From contig OZ244742.1 of assembly GCA_965219415.1 (NCBI GenBank), positions 1,504,001 to 1,568,000 on the forward strand: a stretch of 64,000 nt of DNA, read 5' to 3'. The stretch comes from Candidatus Marinacidobacterales bacterium. GTDB lineage: Bacteria > Acidobacteriota > Vicinamibacteria > Marinacidobacterales > DATDRI01. The notes under the pieces are model-generated. The model did not search any database. It was not told where the DNA came from and saw only the letters and a program-made list of their open reading frames with translations. Positions 50,140 through 59,116 of this stretch are shown here, piece by piece. Position numbers and translations under genes: made by a program. Numbering within the stretch: the stretch's first letter is position 1; the number at the start of each line of letters is the position of its first letter.

Positions 50140-50994
50140 ATGATGAGTGTAGAGCCGTTCAAAAGGTGGTCGGTAGTCGGCGCGGTATCGTTCGCCTTCT
50201 TCGCGTGCCAAACACCTCGACAAGAACCGAGCGAAACTATCGCCGCCGTCTTCTCGGGTGACGGAGCCGAGTGGATCGACATGAGTTATCCATACGACGA
50301 GACGACCCTCTCGTGGCCCACCGCCCAACCCTATGAGCTAGAAGTCGTCGCCGCCGGCATGACGGAAGCCGGCTACTATTATGGAGCCAATAACTTTTGT
50401 ACCGCCGAACATGGCGGCACGCACCTGGATGCTCCCATCCATTTCTCGGAGGGGAAACACACGACCGATCAGATCCCGGTCGAGCGGCTCGTCGGCCCCG
50501 CTGTGGTCGTGGACGTCAGCGAGGCCGCGGCGTCCGACGCAGACTATTTGATCGGTGTGGACGACCTCGAGGAGTGGGAGTCGACTCATGGCCGCATCCC
50601 GAACCAATCGATTGTTCTACTCAAGACCGGCTGGGGAGCGCGCTGGCCCGACCGCCAACGCTACTTGGGGACGAATCTGACCGGGGAAGAAGCGGTGCCG
50701 GAGCTCCACTTCCCGGGCATCGCTCCCGACGCGGCTCGTTGGTTGGTCGAGAACCGCACTATCGACGCCATCGGCATCGACACCGCAAGCATCGACTACG
50801 GTCAATCGAGCCTGTTCGAGACCCATCGGATCTTGCTCGGAGAAAATATCCCCGCCTTCGAGAACGTAGCATCGCTCGGCCGCCTGCCACCAACCGGTGC
50901 CTACGTGATTGCCCTACCCATGAAGATCGGGAGCGGGACCGGAGGCCCGCTTCGTATAGTAGGTGTGATCCCTGCCATATCGGGCCGTCCCTAG
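50140..50994 (+). CDS. Cyclase family protein (kynurenine formamidase-like)
   Basis: EHGGTHLDAP, GIDTASID, FEN, ALPMKI..GTGGPLR. Confidence 0.93.
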   Translation: MMSVEPFKRWSVVGAVSFAFFACQTPRQEPSETIAAVFSGDGAEWIDMSYPYDETTLSWPTAQPYELEVVAAGMTEAGYYYGANNFCTAEHGGTHLDAPIHFSEGKHTTDQIPVERLVGPAVVVDVSEAAASDADYLIGVDDLEEWESTHGRIPNQSIVLLKTGWGARWPDRQRYLGTNLTGEEAVPELHFPGIAPDAARWLVENRTIDAIGIDTASIDYGQSSLFETHRILLGENIPAFENVASLGRLPPTGAYVIALPMKIGSGTGGPLRIVGVIPAISGRP

Positions 50995-51000
50995 ACCTTC

Positions 51001-51843
51001 TTACCGTTCCGTCAAAAACGCTCTCCCATCCTGGTAACCCAAGTCGCAGGCCCGCTCCAGTTTTTCTCTGTCGCGTGTGGCCCTGCCGACTCCCAGCGGT
51101 CGAGATGGACGCAGAACCACGATGCGGGACTCCGCGGGGGGTGCTGTCATTACCGCCGCGGCGTCTCGATAGCGCCGGTGGCGTTCGTTCAGCGCGTTCC
51201 GAACTCCCGATGCGGTCGACAGCAGGCGATTCCAAAGTGGTGCCCACAACCTACGCATTCCCCGTTTCTCGATCGTGCTCGTCAGGACGACAACGACTTC
51301 CCGCGCGCCGAGAGCAAGCGCCTTGAGCACCGGAACGGGGTCACTGATCCCTCCGTCTACGTAGCGCCGTCCTTGATAGACGACGGGGCGACGATAGAAG
51401 AGGGGCAATGCACAGGTCGCCCGGAGCGCGGTCAGCAAATCATCCTCGTGGTTGTTCAAGTAGCGCACCGCTCCGGTTTCGGCATCGGTGACACCGATGT
51501 GCAGTCGGGTGGGGCTCTTGCTCAACGCCTCGAGATCTAGAGGGCAGAGTTTGCCGTGAACGTCGTCGGTCAAGTAGTCGATATCCATCACATCGCCGCC
51601 GCTGAGAAGACGATGCCAACGAATGAACCTTGAGCCCGCGAGGTACTCGAGATACACCGTGCGGTTACGACCGGCCTGACCGGCTAGAAAAGACGCCGCG
51701 GTGCAGGCTCCGGCGGAGCACGCCACGACGAAATCAAAGCCGTGCGACCCTCCGTTCTCCGCGAAGGCCTCCAGCACTCCGGCGGTGTAAGTGCCGCGCA
51801 TGCCACCGCCTTCCAGGACCAGGGCGCGTGAGGTGGCATTCAT
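51001..51843 (-). CDS. Patatin family protein (YjjU-like)
   Basis: LVLEGGGMRGTYTAG, ACSAG, DGGISDP. Confidence 0.9.
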   Translation of the reverse strand: MNATSRALVLEGGGMRGTYTAGVLEAFAENGGSHGFDFVVACSAGACTAASFLAGQAGRNRTVYLEYLAGSRFIRWHRLLSGGDVMDIDYLTDDVHGKLCPLDLEALSKSPTRLHIGVTDAETGAVRYLNNHEDDLLTALRATCALPLFYRRPVVYQGRRYVDGGISDPVPVLKALALGAREVVVVLTSTIEKRGMRRLWAPLWNRLLSTASGVRNALNERHRRYRDAAAVMTAPPAESRIVVLRPSRPLGVGRATRDREKLERACDLGYQDGRAFLTER

Positions 51844-51918
51844 AGGTAGAGCATTCTATTGAAAAACGGCCGAGCTCGCTCGCCCATCAGCCTCAGCATC
51901 CCACATAATAGATTCACC

Positions 51919-53555
51919 ATGGAAAACGAGTTCTCATTTCGGACGCGCAATCAAACCTTGAGAGACGCCGCCGCCGAAGAGCTCGATCTGGTTGTCATTG
52001 GGGGCGAGATCACCGGCGCCGGCATCGCATGGGATGCCGCCTCGCGTGGTATCCGGACCGCGGCTTTTGAGCGCTCAGACTTTGCGCACGCCACCAGTAG
52101 CAAGACCTCCAAGATGATCCACGGTGGGCTCCGTTATCTGCGCAACTTGGAGTTCTCATTGGTTCGTGAGTCCTTACGGGAGCGCAAGTTTCTACTCGAA
52201 AACGCTCGGGAGCTCGTGAGTTGGATGCCCCTGGTCATCCCGCTTTTTTCTCCATGGGACATGCTGAAATTCCGCACCGGCCTGGCGCTCTATGATGCCC
52301 TGGCTAACGAGCCGCGCCGAAAGCATCGCCGCCTGGAAAAAGAGCAGGTGGTGGCGAAATTTCCCTTTTTGGAAACACCCGAGTTGCGAGGCGGACTTCA
52401 GTATTGGGACGCCGTCATGGATGACAGCCGGCTGAACCTGGCGGTCATGGTTTCCGCCGCAAGAAGTGGGCCCTGACTGCGAATCACGCCGAGGTCGAGG
52501 ACTTCGTTTTCGCGGACGGTCGAGTGTCTGGAGTTCGCGTCCGCGACCGAATCAACGGCGAGAGCTTGGTGGTTCGAGCACGTCAGGTCGTCAATGCGAC
52601 GGGCCCCTGGGGCCAAACGCTCGACCAGAAGGCTGGATCGTCTGCTCCCATTCGGCTACGACCGAACCGGGGCGCTCACCTGATTGTATCGGCGCGCCGA
52701 CTTCCGACGGAGTCCGGGCTCGCAATGCCACTCCCCGGCGGACGACTTCTTTTCGTAGTCCCTTGGCAAGGAAGGGTCGTCTTGGGCACGACCGAGTCGG
52801 TGTTTGCTGGAGATCTGGATTGCGTCGCCACGGAGGGTGACGAAGTGGACTTTCTCCTGGAACTCGCGGGGCGTTTTTTTCCAAGGGTCTGTCTATCCCG
52901 GAGCGACATTCTCGCCAGTTTCGCCGGGGTACGGCCTTTGGTGGACGCTGGCAATCGATCCCTTTCCCGGACTAGCCGTGAGGCCAAGATCGTGACTTCC
53001 TCTTCAGGGCTGATCTCGGTGGCGGGAGGCAAATACACAACTTTTCGGCGGATGGCCGAGAGGGTCGTCGACCGCGTCGCCGAACACCTCCAACGAGATG
53101 GCAGACGATTGCACCCATGCCGTACGAAGGAGATGACACTCGACGGCGTACTTCCCCCGTCTCCTGATAAAATCCCGTCCGCGGAAGCCATTCGGCGAAG
53201 CATCCATCGGGAGATGACCATGACCCTGGGCGATCTCTTGATCCGCCGTACCAAGGCGGTTTTACTCGAGGAGGATCAAGGGCTAGGCTCGGCCGAGAAA
53301 ATCTCCCGCATCATGGCCGATGAGCTCGGTTGGACCGACGCAGAGCGCCAAGAACAGTTGTCGGCTTTTCGTGACGAGGTCTCGCACTGTTTCAAACGGG
53401 GAGCTTTTATGATTCGATGGATGACTACGAAAGGGCCTGGGACGTTTCGCCTCTCAAGTAGGTCAAGAGCTGCAAGACACCCACGCTCTTCATCAGCGGT
53501 GCATGGGATTACATCACCCCCGTCTACCAGGCAGAGGAAATGTTCATCGCCCTGA
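51919..53555 (+). CDS. glpD: FAD-dependent glycerol-3-phosphate dehydrogenase (frameshift ~52468; 3' end runs into peptidase remnant)
   Basis: IGGEITGAG, TSSKTSKMIHGGLRYL, DDSRL, NATGPW, LGTT, AGVRPL, GGKYTTFRRMAE. Confidence 0.85.
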
Positions 53556-53683
53556 AATCCTTAGGCGTTGACGCGGCTCATGCGTCCTATCCGAACGAGG
53601 ACCATGGAGTTCGAAACCAACCCCGGCACACGCATGACTACTACCAGAGAACGGTCGCTTGGTTCGATAAGTACTTGAAGTAG
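53398..53683 (+). pseudogene. C-terminal remnant of S9 prolyl oligopeptidase
   Basis: Manual translation: DVSPLK*VKSCKTPTLFISGAWDYITPVYQAEEMFIALK..YPNEDHG..WFDKYLK*; not in the ORF track. Confidence 0.8.
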
Positions 53684-53684
53684 T

Positions 53685-54695
53685 TCAACCCTGGTACTTG
53701 CTTCTCGATGTTCGGAATCAAGTACTCATTGAAAGAGCGGTCGAGATCGAACACCGGCTCCCAACCCCAGTCCCTTCGCGCCGCAGTGTCGTCGAGATCG
53801 GCAGGCCAGGTGTCGATGATCGCCTGGCGCTTCTCGTCCACTTCAAAGTTGATCCGGGCATCCGGAAACGCCTCGAGAACAAGGGCGCGTATCTCCTCGG
53901 CGGAGAGGCTGAAGCTCGTGACGTTGTAGACCAAACGGCGGAGGGAATCGCGGGGTGCTTGCGCCAAATGAAGCAGAGCCTGCACGGCGTCGGGCATTAT
54001 CAAAAAAGGGATGCGTGCATCGGGACGCACGAAGCACTCGTAGTGCTCTTTTTTTGCCGCGGCACATTAGTGCGTTTACACTCCCGAGTGGCGGGACCAG
54101 CGACTAGGCTCCGGAGATGGAGTCCCGGAAAACGCACACCGCGAAAGTCCACCATCACCGGCTGCTCGGCTGCCAATTGTTTGTAGTTCTGGCAGAAATA
54201 GCTTCCCAACATTTCGCAGTAGAGCTTGTTGCACCCGTACATCGTCGTCGGAGAGTTCCACTCCCACTCGCGCACTCGGGCATAGCGGTCCTTCGACTCC
54301 CGATCGGGCATACCATAGGCAGCGATCGAACTCGGGAAGATGAACTGCACCGGCCGACCCCGCCACTGCGACTGCTCCGAGGCAAGTTTCAAGAGCTCCA
54401 GCATTCCCTCCACATTCACACGGTGCGCCCTTTCGGGGCTGAACTCGGCGCGAGTCGAGAGCAAGGCGGCGAGATGATAGATGGTGTCGATCTCGTATTC
54501 AGAGCCACCAGTCGGTCCAACAAGGCCCTATCGAGGATGTCGCCTTGGATATGCGTAACATCGCCCATATCACTCGGGAGCGTTGATAAATCCAGAGTGA
54601 CCAAGCGGAGGCTCTTGGACTTCGAGAGTTTCCTTGATGAGCGCCTGGCCCACTTCGCCGGCCGCACCGGTGATCAAAACGATCTTCTTTCGCAT
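53685..54695 (-). CDS. NAD-dependent epimerase/dehydratase (L-threonine 3-dehydrogenase SDR-like), multiple frameshifts
   Basis: MRKKIVLITGAAGEVG, YHLAALLS, FPSSIAAYG, MYGCNK, RFPG, MPDA, IIDTWP. Confidence 0.8.
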
Positions 54696-54798
54696 GCTCC
54701 TAACGCCTTTTCATCGAGCGACCGATCGTAGTCCCTCCCCCGCAACCAAGCAACCTTCCAGCCCATCTGAATTGAGGCACCCCGACCCACATGTTAGG

Positions 54799-55410
54799 AT
54801 GAGCCGCCCGAAAATGAGTAAGGCTCCCACCCGTCGGCCAGGAACCCCCACGCTGCGTTTTCACCCGCTCACCCTCGAAAGATGGCCGGACCTCGAAACT
54901 CTTTTCGGTAAGCGCGGAGCCTGCGGTGGCTGCTGGTGCATGTACTGGATCCGAAAACGTTCGGTGTTCGAAAAACAGAAGGGCTCGGGAAACAAAAAGA
55001 ACCTCAAGAGAATGGTCGCCGCCTGTGAAACGCTCGGTCTCATCGGGTATGCCGGGAGCGAACCCATAGGGTGGTGCGCTCTCGGCCCGCGAGATCGCTA
55101 CTCGGTTCTCGAGCGGTCCCGAATCCTGAGTCCGGTTGACGATAAGCCTGTTTGGTCGGTGGTCTGTTTTTTCGTGGCGAAACCGTTTCGACGGTCGGGC
55201 GTCACCGTCGCTCTACTCGATGCGGCCGTCCAATACGCCAAGAAACACCGCGTTCGCATTCTAGAGGGCTACCCCGTCGAGCCCAAGAAAGACCCGATGC
55301 CGGCGGCTTTCGCATGGACCGGACTTGCAGCGGCCTTCCGAAAAGCCGGCTTCACCGAGGTACTAAGACGCTCGGAGACACGCCCTATCATGAGGTACGA
55401 GATTCGTTGA
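54799..55410 (+). CDS. GNAT family N-acetyltransferase
   Basis: GACGGCWCMYW, GWCALGPR, WSVVCFFV..RRSG, EGYP, KAGF. Confidence 0.9.
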   Translation: MSRPKMSKAPTRRPGTPTLRFHPLTLERWPDLETLFGKRGACGGCWCMYWIRKRSVFEKQKGSGNKKNLKRMVAACETLGLIGYAGSEPIGWCALGPRDRYSVLERSRILSPVDDKPVWSVVCFFVAKPFRRSGVTVALLDAAVQYAKKHRVRILEGYPVEPKKDPMPAAFAWTGLAAAFRKAGFTEVLRRSETRPIMRYEIR

Positions 55411-55421
55411 ATGGAGAGAAG

Positions 55422-55943
55422 ATGAAACTCTGCCACCATGTCCGCCCCCTTTTCCTTTCTTCCTTAGTTTGGATCGCTGCACCCGGCTTGGGCTTTTCCG
55501 AGAGGCCGGCGCTGGACACTCTCGACTCCTACGTCGGGGAAGCGATGAGTACGTGGGACGTGCCCGGGCTCAGCCTTGCGATCGTAAAGGATGGCGAGGT
55601 TATCCTCGCCAAGGGATACGGCCTCCGTGAGCTGGGAAAGATGGACCAGGTCGACGGCATGACGATTTTCAGTATCGGCTCTTGCAGTAAAGCATTTGGA
55701 GCCACCGCCGTCGCCCTCCTCGTCGAGGACGGCTTGATGGCAGAACTGACAGCGCGAGAGGGGCCGATCGTTTTCCAGCTCGAACACTGGCACATCGATC
55801 AATTCACCGCGACGTGGTGGGACGTGAAGTTCTTCTTCTCTTTCGTGATCAACGAGCTGGGCGCGGTGACCGAGCTAAAGCTGAGCCACTATGGAACATT
55901 CCAGAGAGTATCGGAAAAGCCGTACGAGGAAGTTGCGCGATAA
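55422..55943 (+). pseudogene. Serine hydrolase (beta-lactamase fold + DUF3471) with large internal deletion
   Basis: VPGLSLAIVKDG..SIGSCSKAF..LVEDG joined directly to LEHWHIDQF C-terminal domain. Confidence 0.75.
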
Positions 55944-56003
55944 GTTGGATTGTTGGTCCGAACGTCACGGGGTTGGAACTAGCCAGCGGCGGGTGATGCT
56001 GAT

Positions 56004-56390
56004 TCAGACCTCTTCGTCTTCATCCATCACCTCATCTTCGTCGTCGTCGAAGTCGTCCTCGTCCTCTGTCTGTTCCTCTGCGTCTTCCCCGAAGTCCTCT
56101 TCTTCCTCTTCATCCTCGTCGACGAAGTCATCGTAGTCCTCTGCTTCGCCATCCCCGCCCTCTCCATCGAGCACTCTGAGAAGTGGAAGGAGTGCCTCGG
56201 ACCTGCCGGGCCTGTCAGGACGGTCGGGCTCCCCGAACAAGTCTTGAACCCGCCTGGCGTACGCTCCCCCCCAACTATTGATCAGCAAAGACGCCACCCC
56301 TTTTAAAGACGCGCGTATTATAGCTACCGTGCTTAGGGCCATCAAGACTTCGAAGATCGCCCCTATGTTATTATCCCTCCCCGCGTCCAT
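56004..56390 (-). CDS. Hypothetical protein with highly acidic C-terminus (start uncertain)
   Basis: Last ~45 aa dominated by D/E with GAC/GAG/GAA codons. Confidence 0.45.
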   Translation of the reverse strand: MDAGRDNNIGAIFEVLMALSTVAIIRASLKGVASLLINSWGGAYARRVQDLFGEPDRPDRPGRSEALLPLLRVLDGEGGDGEAEDYDDFVDEDEEEEEDFGEDAEEQTEDEDDFDDDEDEVMDEDEEV

Positions 56391-56404
56391 GGGAGAGAAG
56401 AGTA

Positions 56405-57757
56405 ATGAGCGCGATTCTAGTCAAGACCAACATTCCCGGCCCTCGCTCGAAGACACTTCATCGCCAGAGAGAAAAGGCCGTCCCGCGCGGGCCATTCAAC
56501 GTCACGCCGGTCTATGTGGCCCAAGCCGAAGGGGCTTTGCTAGAGGATGTCGACGGTAACCGCCTGATCGACTTCGCGGGTGGGATCGGGGTACTCAACG
56601 TCGGGCACCGTGCCCCCGAGGTTGTAGCGGCGGTCCACGATCAGGTCGATCGGTTCACTCATGCTTGTTTCCACGTGACTCCGTATGAGGTCTACCTCCG
56701 CCTCGCGGAACGCCTCAACCAGCTCGCTCCCATCGACGGGGAGACGAAGACCTTCCTCACCAACAGCGGTGCCGAGGGGATCGAGAACGCCGTCAAGATC
56801 GCCCGCGCCCACACTGGTCGGCCAGCGATCCTCTGTTTCGAAGACGGCTTTCACGGCCGCACCCTGCTGGCACTGTCCCTCACAAGCAAGATCACTCCCT
56901 ACAAGGCGGGAATGGGCCCGTTCGCACCGGAGGTCTACCGCGTTCCCTACGCCTATTGCTTCCGCTGTTCGTACAATCTCTCCTACCCATCTTGCGATAT
57001 CTTTTGTGCCTCTCATTTGGAGGATGCGTTCCGGCGCCACGTCCAGCCGGAGTCGATCGCCGCGGTTGTGGTGGAACCGGTTCTCGGCGAGGGCGGCTTC
57101 GTGGTGCCACCCTCCGAATACTTTCAAGTTCTCCAGGAAGTGTGCCGCAAGCATGGAATCTTGATGATAGCGGACGAGGTTCAGACCGGAATGGGTCGCA
57201 CCGGACGCCTGTTCGCCAGCGAGCACTTCGGTCTGCGACCCGATCTTCTCGTCTCCTCGAAGTCCCTTGCAGGCGGACTCCCCCTCGCCGCGGTCATTGG
57301 CAAGGCCGGCATCATGGACGCCCCCGAGGTCGGAGCCTTAGGAGGCACTTTCGGAGGGAATCCGCTTTCTTGTGCCGCGGCACTCGCGGTGCTGGACATC
57401 ATGGAGAAGGGCGACCTCCTCCAGCGGTCGAACGAGATCGGAGAACGTGTCCGGAACCGAGCGAAAAAGTGGAAGGAGCGATTCCGCCTCGTTGGCGACG
57501 TACGGACGCTCGGTGCGATGGCCGGAGTCGAGCTCGTCACCGACCGTGAAAGCAAGTCGCCCGCCAAGGAGGCCACGCAACGAGTGGCCCAGTTGGCCCT
57601 CGAGCACGGGTTGATCACCATTACCGCCGGCACCTATGGAAACGTCATCCGGACGCTCATGCCACTCGTCATTCGAGACGAAGAGCTCGAGGAAGGACTC
57701 GATGTACTAGAGGACGCGCTCGCAGAAGTAGACCGAGAACACGAAAGCGCCCACTAG
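56405..57757 (+). CDS. gabT: 4-aminobutyrate--2-oxoglutarate transaminase
   Basis: DFAGGIGVLNVGH, NSGAEGIENAVK, FHGRT, EPVLGEGG, DEVQTG, SKSLAGG, GGTFGGNP. Confidence 0.94.
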   Translation: MSAILVKTNIPGPRSKTLHRQREKAVPRGPFNVTPVYVAQAEGALLEDVDGNRLIDFAGGIGVLNVGHRAPEVVAAVHDQVDRFTHACFHVTPYEVYLRLAERLNQLAPIDGETKTFLTNSGAEGIENAVKIARAHTGRPAILCFEDGFHGRTLLALSLTSKITPYKAGMGPFAPEVYRVPYAYCFRCSYNLSYPSCDIFCASHLEDAFRRHVQPESIAAVVVEPVLGEGGFVVPPSEYFQVLQEVCRKHGILMIADEVQTGMGRTGRLFASEHFGLRPDLLVSSKSLAGGLPLAAVIGKAGIMDAPEVGALGGTFGGNPLSCAAALAVLDIMEKGDLLQRSNEIGERVRNRAKKWKERFRLVGDVRTLGAMAGVELVTDRESKSPAKEATQRVAQLALEHGLITITAGTYGNVIRTLMPLVIRDEELEEGLDVLEDALAEVDREHESAH

Positions 57758-57795
57758 AATCTGCCGGCCCACGTGAGTTGGCGACAGCGGGCTTG

Positions 57796-57855
57796 CCCCG
57801 CCGAAGCTTCGCGGAGGGCGGAAGCTTTAGCGAAGAACGGCGAGCGAAGGCGGGG
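57796..57855. repeat. REP-like palindromic element between convergent genes
   Basis: CCCCGCCGAAGCT...GCGAAGGCGGGG with nested GAAGCT/GCGAAG motifs. Confidence 0.6.
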
Positions 57856-57856
57856 A

Positions 57857-59116
57857 CTACTCGTAAAGCAAGTAGCGAGATCGGATCTCGCGGAACCGCT
57901 CGACCTCAGGCTCCATCGAGGTGAGAATCTCAGTCACCGAGTCTCCCCGGTCCAAACGCTCGCGGGGCATCGAGCTCCCTAGCAGTCGGTCGATCCAGTA
58001 AACACCGGCACGACTCTCCCAACGGAACTGCTCGGAGTAGAGTTGTTTCAAGACGGCGATGGCCGAGAGTCCGGTCCGCACTGCTTGAAAACGAGCCGGG
58101 TCATGGATCTTCAACCGGAATCCGTGGCAAGTCTCATCGGGATAAATGGGATGGAGCGATTCCGGAATCACGCGCGGCCGAAACGAGTCGACCAGAAACT
58201 CGACTCCCGGAAGCGCGGACCGGCCGAGCTCGGCGACCAGTCTTTCGCTCTCTATCCAAGGCGCTCCGGCTAGAAAGAAAGTCTCGTGCGTTCCTCGCCC
58301 ATCCGAAACGTTGACCCCTTCCAGCAGACCCATGGCGGGATAGGCAATGGTGGTGGCGGCGGTGCGGATGTTCGGCGATGTCGCTCTCCACGGCAACCCG
58401 GTCTCACCCCAGGACATGTCCCGCCTCCAACCTCGTGCGCGAACGACTCGGAGGCGCACTCGCCTCCCTCCTTCGAGAAAACCTTCTCCGTTGAACAGAC
58501 TCGCCAACTCACCCACCGTCATGCCGTGGACGAGAGCAATGGGAGCGATCCCAACGAAAGACGCGTGCCGGGGTTCGAGAACCGGTCCCTCCACCCGCGT
58601 TCCAGTATTCGGATTAGGGCGGTCGAGTACGACCACTTCGATCCCGGCTTCTGCCGCTGCGTCCATCGCCAATTTGAGCGTGCTGATGTACGTGTAGAAC
58701 CTTGCTCCCACGTCCTGGATATCGAATACCAGACTGTCGAGCCCTTCGAGCATCTCGCGAGTCGGCTTGCGCGATGCCCCGTAGAGGCTAAAGACGGGAA
58801 TGCCTTTCTCTGATTTACGGAAGCCCACCTTCTCCCCGGCGGCAACGGTACCGTCCAGACCGTGCTCGGGCGAAAAAATGGCCCGTAGCGGAAGTCCGAG
58901 CTCTAGGAGTACTTCTGCCGCCGGTGTTCCATCAATCGTCTTGCCCGTTTGGTTGGTGATAAGACCGATCGAATCATTGCGTAGTCCCTCTTCCAATTCC
59001 CTCAATACGTCCAGCCCCGGCGAGACCTTTGGTTTCGGGGACGAAGAAACCGCGGCCGTCGTAACGAGCAAGAGGAGGAACGGCCCAGACAATCTCAAAC
59101 GGCTCACCGGGCTCAC
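57857..59116 (-). CDS. namZ: Exo-beta-N-acetylmuramidase (DUF1343)
   Basis: GLITNQTG, FSPEHG, SLYG, FDIQDVGARFYTY, LDRPNP, HGMTVGELA, TSPN. Confidence 0.93.
   Translation of the reverse strand: MSPVSRLRLSGPFLLLLVTTAAVSSSPKPKVSPGLDVLRELEEGLRNDSIGLITNQTGKTIDGTPAAEVLLELGLPLRAIFSPEHGLDGTVAAGEKVGFRKSEKGIPVFSLYGASRKPTREMLEGLDSLVFDIQDVGARFYTYISTLKLAMDAAAEAGIEVVVLDRPNPNTGTRVEGPVLEPRHASFVGIAPIALVHGMTVGELASLFNGEGFLEGGRRVRLRVVRARGWRRDMSWGETGLPWRATSPNIRTAATTIAYPAMGLLEGVNVSDGRGTHETFFLAGAPWIESERLVAELGRSALPGVEFLVDSFRPRVIPESLHPIYPDETCHGFRLKIHDPARFQAVRTGLSAIAVLKQLYSEQFRWESRAGVYWIDRLLGSSMPRERLDRGDSVTEILTSMEPEVERFREIRSRYLLYE

Noticed and set aside
52474-52476. TGA in glpD as a recoding site
   Set aside because: The continuation is out of frame; a missing G in a G-run explains it.
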